From a virus (lineage: Duplodnaviria > Heunggongvirae > Uroviricota > Caudoviricetes), in IMG/VR virus record IMGVR_UViG_3300029747_000004: DNA of 64,000 nt; one strand, 5' to 3'. Positions 30,801 to 34,417 of this stretch are shown here, piece by piece. Position 1 is the first letter of the stretch; each line of letters opens with the position of its first letter. Under the pieces are notes generated by a model, which did no database searches, had not been told where the DNA came from, and was given only the letters and a program-made list of their open reading frames with translations. The position numbers and the translations under genes are program-made.

Positions 30801-30809
30801 AGTAGCCAT
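12819..30809 (-). CDS. giant tape-measure protein (5996 aa) with JAB-like and two ADP-ribosyltransferase-like domains and a C-terminal peptidoglycan-binding domain
   Basis: Tape-measure core (IDTALTELKKVT...EWARLGYS...VDILNEVGNNYAVSS..LA.AL) at about 22500-23500. Peptidoglycan-binding domain (G.QVKAIQYAL..LGY...DGKFG.GT..AV..FQ...G..ADGIVG..T) at about 13220-13420. Lies immediately upstream of Dit. Confidence 0.92.
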   Translation of the reverse strand: MATNKFKATAELFLDTSEAKSDAKKFIADLKQQLSSIETAADKMTVFKDLVGYIAMIDKNLSSLIANNKDKFKHMFDGLDDNSRSAFEDLFGMSGDNLKKLDAVREKLSTLTPKSSIKEVRQFAKDLSSLYEAIGQTPDFNMDDFTGRVNANLIKTVTDAFNKFESLWVDKISGIGDNFSIGGVGGNGNLSESAQNEIKKLQDQISELKALKKELDSILQASKDSEKGNAINLEVDLSNVEKLIKKYKELDSVSENLQKGTREYYDNLAQRAKVGLQLFKVGDDEGLDKALLQGVEEIIYSDSFANVLSNFERNFKNISAIYDQAIVEKQQKIQNIKNKVLDGVDRGADTTELHDSGAAQKIDAESDAYNKLNAYVKEYINLQKQLSSLERGSDEYNDVLNRQREIQNKILQIKKINEDQKNSMYDFFEEIDGGAILKLEDVVSKLSNILQIDIPQGVNMSAESFERIGEYAVSATEYIRGMTVAIGEMFNVLSQPSDIEYDVRIAGQNISVKKGGYKEVSGKTSAENYLSNIMQDIDVDAHSHMGIDSGINAPDFLQAIKRQYAGLTKMSAVIGREDIVTLDLAKVKAEDAYTALNKLREVTNGKGKESVSVEDFNKILNDINPKYVDVATRWTPSQFGDLAEKIFNVKQNMQQAIDPAEKLKGLLVAMSGKNIDFSKYDDLLKTLSSDNAVDIFNQIAKAENIKEDGDFLQVGDISTSSIQDVITDIQRQKDEYADLRRTAGITYDEIASAAKEYSQIFNRHEGQDFEFFKKYFHPSEISEIHQKFMDFGDGLRDLDGLTRELAMDFGIDFDDMPVTALQRIGDTAQEVSNQLKAFFDLVDEIRNKSFDAAGNADDNLEIGKYTERLKSAKAILDEFGKQNQLTAEQMNQVNDAFNAANTHLTNSTVHYNGYGDGSYDYSYFEEYRNATTENDELRRRNTELENQLNNVRNDTGNFTTDNDIQTETAQLDNLLKKINEVKTAVDAKTNAFREEAGVVDLSIKQEVTSLENLKTYLESLQNIVQNLFNVPTKKFGLHYGNLDYYARTGQKSETFSDQRTSLSYGNWGSFGTGIYYATNPNDFASISTNGQSDQQRNKKFYAIDLSKYNLYMAQTNEQAEGLYNFLNKLQKFVLASAGYDGFNKELQNVDINSLYTEFQNVFKGTLLSINGFENLINRMKTVVPAINKTMNTSSNDVNNVIDTMQAYLRQSDNIPTMFMKELGYQGVDTRGTSFDGFKHGSVVYDLDRSSPYIKSFDTAKELIEYYNQNLTQTNNIQDTSLQEIQNILNQIYGVLQGFTGIKAKDQDSVEVQKPVDESRLNQDKFSEQDLSVLGSILNAVNGINSYLTSNKYNPTSEGIDTDNNAVSNIYTLLSSRLSQNLASERTLSEAVSLINLLLDKSKLEKDLTTKATQYNDPQSFRDNNKTALKALGIDTRSMLEFWRKANYSREDFQPIETTIEDAVDIIRSKVPENILDGWFVKSESPYKPALESIALADKDVRNAALNVMWDNYKQFSGKDIDFNKFLYSNIPVYRGKNQENYTNDDKVLSFTFDRSVAERFGKHILETVIRPIDTIGSYQTTAEGEVMVRKDYLDALPEFQTWLNNMSSGLKESFVQATSADSDVGGNSDYALETTLQSVKSVLESILNRMDVSEEQQIKPDAAVSEGSDNIIPDEQDGSGYALETTLQSVVTILNNILTGISISDELSAFTQPLSDAVAALKNVADGIVQHQKAQKSDTRVAQARIEDPAQQDVIRQKAIDTGLKLGSDVQIATLDSLTNGLVRVSGAFKNVDGEWEGFTVKVNEANEAVDLAINKQSAFAKSLNKTSEQMADDSNPYVYSKDEVEARAQKHIDEYAAQGKNATVQFKDSGRYTITILEEIDGLSKQIFQTFDENDDKIERTTVTMSNSQKMKLDALQKKLIDNGLSSGLISDKDQIYVDYQKASDELNNMTDAYSKLDDISDDQITKWKQQITLVQQLGSQVTDLINQKKLESDKKIFESDRSKKLSKFDLDRTKLYKDISVPDSFKGQIDDSRKAIETAADSDALKVAINNWEALKNKINETAVQQDLYIKKVKDVQDPFSQDLSAQGISFDKYKKSIENTLGVTDELKTKIQTLETELKSVNDSASLSEWQKKFADLQNEIGNAQWGAKRDKTEQSKRVRGELNSKLKEAGLNRQIENPNVDQQEILDKRDELLKQLDEYNMKIGSGQRAEISGIEQTKTALFGLIDAYKQKNNIVNANGNPSKQAYGTAQLLNQGAKYNSLVSRAQSADLTGDFDAVKKLTDAYDKLKEAQSKFKIGEDLTTESGKAKVEAFKQAQIEFNRYAQELGKVVKQEEKLKQDQVDSSPVAEDFQNEWQSRKKALEDFVSKIPDAAIGEFDKKFTKLTYTVKNGDGTLTNMTATLNAAGTAIYATAGKTEKATTAFGRFFDELHNKAKGIATYLISMTGFQEIWQQIRKGVQYIIEIDTALTELKKVTNETDATYDQFLQNMSKTAATVGSTVSELTTMAAEWARLGYSIEEAGKLAESTAILLNVSEFDNATEASKALISTMQAFSYTADESQHVVDILNEVGNNYAVSSDGLATALQDSASALMEGGNNLEQSVALIAAANKVVQDTNSVGSALRTISLRLRGTSVDVLKEMGEETDGVITSVSKLQSKIQGLSGVNILTESGDYKDTYTILKEIGQVWEDMSDIDQAALLELMAGKNRANTLSAILGNMSDLTSAYETAMNAEGSAARENATYMDSIQGRIDQFNNAVQTMWMNFIDSDVIKFIVNIGTALANLIDKVGVLQTALTVLFSYKSIFSKNKIDFASILGIHDKKNGFVFGKQGLSKSIVNLVGNIKNKLSGIKIGDNIGGDIVNNILNTDDIAVSAEEFASAIKDNIENYATINTSEIDSEIDDIQNKLATAREQLNNAKAADWDYYKSMGSVTPAEDRDARIQEKTQEVKELETQLTNLQEQRNSMMSSVANDTAGSILEQVDEEREGYESIFSVLSEIKDVKLSIGDEQDAAKKIDEITEAAKNGQSALANYMQGLDDSDVALKAYVASVDDGNYSLTGFQQFIQQHNAGLQQSTFNAYASAAAHAALNAALSMGLSLLISFVVSGISKLINAEKEAAKAAKEATKDAEKLSEEFSSLDDYKKQIKELRKSLDSNNLSQSEAYDARQKLLTIQDELISKFGIEKEGINLVTGAIEDQIDAIDELEKKDAQDWVYSNQKAINDAVKYFDDEDKFGRGFLDFGVAFRNWGVTKDVYNKVAKYINSREHMSQRGRSKGEHDIYFEGSAEEVKSEVEAFEEWLDAYEDELRNELKVESSESRREKLEKDISQLEDYREDLSTFKNDNFGEGSTYATNKALIAEAQEKTAIAKYTDQYMEILQIQDDFLEAQTKGDKNGMRDALDAYHAATAAAKEDATESYMDEFFDGLDGKFATEEFELNLTADDSELKKSIQSVINDSGLSKLDNNQIKDMVSRGLNVEGAIDESGAYTDDQIQGLIELQSEADNAGISIETLISILTNFGLINGKPAEAMADNIRSVGKAYSVLSSEAEKYKDINEILGESVYDGVELSKDQYEALSELIGSEEEFIDCIDTSDGYIVKNVELTKKLIDGKKEELATETKLAKSQAQLQYSDVIQSISDQIASTNVLENVNQELVDSLFDQADALRTIINQYQSLEDSLLGATNAFTEFTNAQDMDAQNTYGSTMVEMVQTMYDAIYKTGEVGTAQFWAAVKAAVPDDIYAGLIPGDKQISAIKNYLEDNLFADLTLDGDSFSIDFDSIENFVKKAQSKGLFSGSGIESFGLSSEFMLSLEDGEDALKKFADQMGVTEAYVYAVFSEMDKYNANGAGLSMLFQLDNSATSQLTILNTQLEQALKTRKELMAQGADLTANTADIRFIQSQQAGVKKQITSDTTKYLDIVDALNDPTKTVGEALSEELIIEIGLQDKEEQTVENVFQEISDYLLQFEEPTTFDLEISKENVEEELEDLKKKIGQEEVDAGVTIDTDGTMKVKDGVNNEDLERYVSLYNTNQFIDDALKSGFTTTETLLSEINENVATIAGDEPKSEETPSNDSGSSENAHGGEGGNFGGAKREGGNKVPTDKPVELPVVFDIPKALAEAYKEYKEDIAKFAELGFYPNQTKFGNIDTNNRQVLEWNDNNLNKYKNELMSWYDDLSWDEIVKDFSGTLSTVMGASSEFFPVEIAFSPILQTENGPVLLDENTVSEYMYGIIDKAGTQFSEGWTGEDLLRLDVEGLEIDGQRIKGLIADVGDTAIQTGEAMHYAGTDGAIAQNFKFIEDSAKEANMSVEDMMFNLEKNANKGTMIFPQEIEKTIDSYMGYISEIKKGIADETWGQGIRMPPEQGAYFNDLASKWKTLKELKESLANGEDPNKILADLYGTIVLETEVDEDSAKKTGEAAGAAVQAGVNSTWSFSNPESYKLTSVESYSQLQSDVVSFNDMLSQTEEIIGENTKVSQEYHDALVEMADSKEDVIACFGDETSLVVKDTKALDRLVKLAKKNTTQNIKLAKSQARLDYYALYKEMRELTNGTKVTNTATLDYINSLYDQMSALEKTIAKYSLLETQLLGAANAYEKFADAQTADSETDYIGSAEDMMLALGQAFNTAELGSETAQAAIAGLVPESVYKDLDTVDEKMAAIYSYFKEGNLSKYFSLEFDDNGNITSAEMKLENLQTFIEDGLGTVFEGDDWQHFELSEDFIKSIEGSKDPLKDFADQMGVTKEVAFAFLETLSDHDIEWLDGDYTSLLEQLLPKTLEGDIYKNVAALADLERQLANGEISAEEYAEKYAELTDTLNENGQAAVDNATQWVEASKEVDTAKSNVERLTKELNELKENGGSEVEIKVKTEELEAASTKLSEALQKKYGLEEPTEMTIQIALDTIDQQMEQWKADNAELTVDVVPKLKQDKDGQWTIPANVEATLNDTEKAAIQNYLDLLNDQYTITVLADENPNDSTEELNNVKTAAEAAQTAIENIPDPNINTTSAKQAIQGLIDKIAEVKSKSVFVTTFTRTIALNADGTAHSGGTANVRGSAHASGNWGLSHSEHDSLVGELGRETIVDPATGKYYTVGDNGAELVDLPKGAIIFNHKQTEDLFKHGHISSRGKMHANGTAYEEGNAHVTIWTGGASNSQPSSSGNSKSSNNKSSNSDKVDKDIFDWFEVLLEEINEQLDLMNAKLENAVGISAKNSLLDQIINVNKNKLSTLKKGLDLYTDYSNKLLKEIPEKYRKMTQDGAVAIGEFAGDADQKTLEAINNYRDWAQKVADLVQQMEELNTEISTLAKQKIDNIAEGYDNKKSIRDSKIDQYEAYNSLLETDVGFESEKIYQAMMSENKSNINILQKQRDAMLAELNKQVEAGNIKKYSQDWYDVVNDISAVDTEIIELKTDIEDYQDSINELHWDKFDLLIDKLNAVSDEADNLIDVLSSKDLVNKDTAEWTDEGITTLGLYAQKMDAAEVQAKKYEEQINYLNKNWKKLGYTEEEYIDKLDELKSGQYDAIKAYNESKDAIVDLNKTRVEAIKDGIQKEIDAYKELIDKKKEELDSEKDLYDFQKSVNEKQKDIAKIQRQLAALAGDNSASARAKRAQLEAELLDAQADLEETYYDRSVSKQQEALDKELENFEDAKNDEMDGWDEYLENTNQVVADSLDVVKANTDAIYQELQAMGKEYGLSITESLTSPWKEGENAIQVFSEKFGLAMSATVDELKKLELEFMETMEKIEKSGSTSVDTVKNNATGYQSAEYKPPKQEESSGGGSSSGSSSGNSGGGDSGGKSYPYGKASETSGNIKEGARGNQVKAIQYALNQLGYGNSGTKSVDGKFGSGTKSAVRAFQKAMGISADGIVGKNTRAKFRAKGYKFGTTGVDTDQFAWIDEMGLEEIVLHAQDGKLAYLTKGSAVLPHSISENLMKLGQLDPQYMLDINRPQASVSPSIINNTMELSVDNSIGTLISIENFDGNNPDEITKVVNKALEQHTKNLNNALRKFAR

Positions 30810-30823
30810 TATAAATCACCGCC

Positions 30824-31393
30824 TTAAAAATATTTCTTTACAGCGCCTAAGAGCGCTTCGCTAATGTATGATTTTAATTTATTATTTAATTCACTATCAA
30901 AAAATGATTGCATTTTTTCGTCAGAAGACGTAAATTCTGCACCACCATCATCACCAATTTTGCCGCTTGGATGGATACCGGATATAAATTTTTCAGTTAT
31001 CCATGCTGCCTGTGGAATACCATTATTTTGACTATCAAAATCAAAATTCCCACTCAATCTTGGAACCCATCTATCACCAGACTTACGATACCACGAATTA
31101 CTATTATGAACGTCTTCGATATTTGATGCATTGTATTTAACGCCAAATTCAATTTTAATACCTTTTTTATCTTCTGATTCGTTATAAACAGGTTCGATCA
31201 AATTGTATAATGCATGCTTTCGCTTATATGAACTTGGAGAATATTCACTATAATATTCATCAATAAATTGGTCCGCCTTTCGTTTAATGTCTACCTGCGC
31301 TTTATTCGCTGCACTCCTTGCCGCATCCTTAGCTAGTTTTACAAAATCCTTTTCTATTTGGCGAAAAATTTTATCAACATTCGTAGACGCCAT
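30824..31393 (-). CDS. conserved phage tail-region protein
   Basis: Own AAGGAG RBS. Lies directly upstream of the tape measure. Confidence 0.7.
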   Translation of the reverse strand: MASTNVDKIFRQIEKDFVKLAKDAARSAANKAQVDIKRKADQFIDEYYSEYSPSSYKRKHALYNLIEPVYNESEDKKGIKIEFGVKYNASNIEDVHNSNSWYRKSGDRWVPRLSGNFDFDSQNNGIPQAAWITEKFISGIHPSGKIGDDGGAEFTSSDEKMQSFFDSELNNKLKSYISEALLGAVKKYF

Positions 31394-31405
31394 AAAACTC
31401 ACTCC

Positions 31406-31963
31406 TTATTTTTGTAGATTAACAAAATCAACAATTTTATTTAAATCTTCTTTACCAATTGGTAAGTTGTTGAAATCAAATTCATAAACCTTTTCAGAAA
31501 GTGCATTAACCAAAACGTCTAGCTTTTCTAAAATGCCATCAAAAAGTTTGCCAATTTGCGCTTCAATATTATTATCATTTAGAATATAATCACACTTCAT
31601 TTGCAATAGGACTTTTATATTTTCATATTCTCCGCCAAATGATTCAATAATTGTGTTAAGCAGCCTGGATTTGCACAACATATCATAGTCGTCTTCAATA
31701 TTGTCAGACAATTCAATATTTGTGTAAGCTGCAATAGTTTTCATCGTAAAACAAATGTATTTATCAATTTCATCAAATTTAAATACACCGTTTTCGTAAA
31801 GAACACACTCATTTACAATATCATCTACAATTTGCTTCTTTTCTTTAATGCTAATATATTCTTTTACTTCAAGTTCCTTCTTTACAAAAGTTTGTACCTG
31901 CTCTGGCTTTAAAAGCTTGCCTTTGTTTTGATTCATCTTTTCAATAAACTCGTTAATCTTCAT
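31406..31963 (-). CDS. hypothetical protein (possible tail assembly chaperone)
   Basis: AAGGAG RBS. 185-aa acidic helical ORF two genes upstream of the tape measure. Function is inferred from position only. Confidence 0.6.
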   Translation of the reverse strand: MKINEFIEKMNQNKGKLLKPEQVQTFVKKELEVKEYISIKEKKQIVDDIVNECVLYENGVFKFDEIDKYICFTMKTIAAYTNIELSDNIEDDYDMLCKSRLLNTIIESFGGEYENIKVLLQMKCDYILNDNNIEAQIGKLFDGILEKLDVLVNALSEKVYEFDFNNLPIGKEDLNKIVDFVNLQK

Positions 31964-32030
31964 AATTCATTTCTCCTTTTTAATTAAAATATTCTATATA
32001 AAAACCGTATCAACAGCGTAATTTCAAAAT

Positions 32031-32540
32031 TTAACACCACAAATCATCTTCAGAAACGTCAATCTTTGGAAGATCAAACGCACTTCGGGCAAGTAAAATA
32101 GATTCGGCAACATCATCATTAACATCCAAATCGTATTCTTGCTTTACCGCGCAAATTGCTTCTTCCTTTAACTCGTCTCGTTTTACCTTTGAACTTTGGC
32201 GCAAACCTATCTTTTTTCTCCATTCGGATGGCAATGGGTTTATGAACTCTATCTTATTTTGAGCGCAATACAACATAATGCCGCCCATTAAAAAACTAAG
32301 CTTTTGTGTTGTGTCAACGTTACCACCCTTACATATAGATTTTTCCATATAAATTTGATCTACATCATATTCATTAATAATTTCGCAAATTTTCACCATC
32401 ATCATAGAAATGCGTTTCATAACATCTTTCTCTTTGTGCAAATCTATAAGTATGTAATATTCTAATGCGCCGTCGCACATAATCGATACGCCAGACTTAT
32501 TTGTACTTGCGTCAATTCCCGCTACTCGCACATCCATCAT
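32031..32540 (-). CDS. RuvC-like Holliday junction resolvase
   Basis: GIDAST..SG, IYME, P.EWRK.IG and NDDVAESI motifs give the RNase H-fold acidic residues. Start is ATG 32540 or GTG 32531. Confidence 0.88.
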   Translation of the reverse strand: MMDVRVAGIDASTNKSGVSIMCDGALEYYILIDLHKEKDVMKRISMMMVKICEIINEYDVDQIYMEKSICKGGNVDTTQKLSFLMGGIMLYCAQNKIEFINPLPSEWRKKIGLRQSSKVKRDELKEEAICAVKQEYDLDVNDDVAESILLARSAFDLPKIDVSEDDLWC

Positions 32541-32555
32541 CTCCTTTTTATCCAT

Positions 32556-32592
32556 AAAAAAATAAGGCCCCAACTTTACGCTGGAGCCTTAT
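32556..32592 (-). terminator. intrinsic terminator
   Basis: ATAAGGCTCCAGC-GTAAA-GTTGGGGCCTTAT-TTTTTT on the minus strand. Confidence 0.8.
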
Positions 32593-32626
32593 ATAAATAA
32601 TTTAATTTTAAAACTGCTCCATGTAA

Positions 32627-33640
32627 TTATTCAGCATACTTTGCTGAAACCCAGTAATTCCCACCATTAACCTTGATCGGGAACCAACCGTTAGACTTTT
32701 CCCCAATACATTCAAATTTATCACCCTTATGAGCAACCTTAAAAATGCCGTAAGATGTACCTGGTCCTTTGCGAATATTTACAGACCCACCTGTAATAGT
32801 AACTATCTTAACTGATGGCTCAGTCGTATCAGAAAGTTTCTTCAGCGCAGCCACCATAGCGGCATGAGATTTTGAACCATAATCGCCATCAACCTCAAGA
32901 TTATGATCCTTCTGAAAAGCTTTTACCGCAGTCTTAGTATCAGACCCAAAATCGCCGTCCGCGCCGTATTTGCCGCACGTATAGCCCAGCTTAATAAGAC
33001 TTGCCTGAAGTTCTTTTACGTCGTCTCCTTTTGATCCTTTCTTGAGTAAGCGGTCGCCGAGTTTATATACAGTTGGAGTTGGTGCTGGAACTGGTGTATA
33101 GGATGTGTTTCCATAATCAAAATATTTCGTCATCAATCCCCAAAAATTTGGTTTTCTAGAATACAATTTCGTTTTCACAACTCCATACATAACCCCCCTA
33201 GCCTCAATTATGTACCAATCTCCAGACGGATTATTTGTATCAACTGGTTTGTCAAGGTACGCTACATGATGAATACTAGAAGCACGATCTCCCCAAAATA
33301 TTGCCGCACCTGGAACTCTCATAGAAGTTGGAATCATACCAGTACCCTTAGGATCACACCACTGAGCATAATTATATCTAGCCTTAGTGTTAATATTTAC
33401 ACCAGACCACTTTTCATAAATACCTTCTGCCATACCATTGCAATCCCAGACAAATTTTGCATGTTCACGCCAATACAATGCCTTCCTCTTCTGACTACCA
33501 GAGTACTGTGTGAACCACCATGAATCTTTAGACCATTTTTTTGGATCTTGCCCTTTCGAACCCATAATATAACCATCTTTTCTATTTAATGCAGCTTCAA
33601 GTTCTGCAACAAATTGTCCAATAGGCATTTTGTTCGCCAT
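32627..33640 (-). CDS. endolysin (NlpC/P60-type peptidase + peptidoglycan-binding + SH3b)
   Basis: WDCNG catalytic Cys, HHVAY, IEARG. KGSKGDDVKELQ..L..LGY...ADGDFG PG-binding domain. VNIRKGPGTSY SH3b domain. Confidence 0.9.
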   Translation of the reverse strand: MANKMPIGQFVAELEAALNRKDGYIMGSKGQDPKKWSKDSWWFTQYSGSQKRKALYWREHAKFVWDCNGMAEGIYEKWSGVNINTKARYNYAQWCDPKGTGMIPTSMRVPGAAIFWGDRASSIHHVAYLDKPVDTNNPSGDWYIIEARGVMYGVVKTKLYSRKPNFWGLMTKYFDYGNTSYTPVPAPTPTVYKLGDRLLKKGSKGDDVKELQASLIKLGYTCGKYGADGDFGSDTKTAVKAFQKDHNLEVDGDYGSKSHAAMVAALKKLSDTTEPSVKIVTITGGSVNIRKGPGTSYGIFKVAHKGDKFECIGEKSNGWFPIKVNGGNYWVSAKYAE

Positions 33641-33663
33641 ATATTTTCACTCCTTTTTAAACA

Positions 33664-33692
33664 AAAAGAGAGCAATCTTATAGACCGCTCTC
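33664..33692 (-). terminator. intrinsic terminator
   Basis: AGAGAGCGGTCT-ATA-AGATTGCTCTCT-TTTT on the minus strand. Confidence 0.7.
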
Positions 33693-33728
33693 TGTAAATC
33701 ATATTTTTATTAATTTTACTAAATTCAA

Positions 33729-34403
33729 TTATACTTGCTTCCAAGCCGAGCCATCATAATAGTAAGGAGTACATTGCTTCCAAGAACTTCCATCGTAATA
33801 GTATGGAGTACAGTCTTGCCAAGTAGAACCAGTATAATACTTAACAATTCCACCATCAAGATATGTCACATAGATTTCTGCGCGGGTGATTTTCATATAG
33901 TTGTAAGAATAGTTATTTGAACCACCTTTTGAACTTTCTCCACTATAACAAATGAGGGCAGAATTTCCAGCAGAAAAATAATTCTTCATATTATTGAAAA
34001 GAGCCGTGTTTTGAGAAGCATTTAAATCAAAGCCAATCGTATCATTATAAAAATGGCCTGTTAAGCTACCAAGCGCATCTCCAATCTGTTGTGCTCCGGA
34101 AACTCCGGTATTTATATATTGCCATCTTGCTTTATATAATCCCATTACTTTGCTATTATTATCATATCCAGACGCCGCGCATTTGAAAGCGATGCCAATA
34201 GATTGAATTGTTTTTCCTTTCACAGCGTCTCCTAAACCAGAGAATACCATAATACCAACACGAGAAACACCTAAAGACGCTGAACCAGTCGTATATAATC
34301 CCTGCATTGCGCCGTTAGAGGTTCCTGTGTACCAAGAAGTTGAATTTCTTTGCGCATAGGCAAGAGTTGAAGAAGATGCCGCTGCGCCTGAAAAAGTTGC
34401 CAT
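33729..34403 (-). CDS. fibre-associated protein with C-terminal YYxGxxW repeats
   Basis: 224 aa. Ends YYTGSTWQDCTPYYYDGSSWKQCTPYYYDGSAWKQV. Follows a fibre gene. Confidence 0.65.
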   Translation of the reverse strand: MATFSGAAASSSTLAYAQRNSTSWYTGTSNGAMQGLYTTGSASLGVSRVGIMVFSGLGDAVKGKTIQSIGIAFKCAASGYDNNSKVMGLYKARWQYINTGVSGAQQIGDALGSLTGHFYNDTIGFDLNASQNTALFNNMKNYFSAGNSALICYSGESSKGGSNNYSYNYMKITRAEIYVTYLDGGIVKYYTGSTWQDCTPYYYDGSSWKQCTPYYYDGSAWKQV

Positions 34404-34417
34404 TATTCATCCCTCCT

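Noticed and set aside
31380..31440. Programmed -1 frameshift joining the two genes upstream of the tape measure (lambda G/GT type)
   Set aside because: No X XXY YYZ heptamer at the end of 31406-31963, and the downstream gene has its own AAGGAG RBS.
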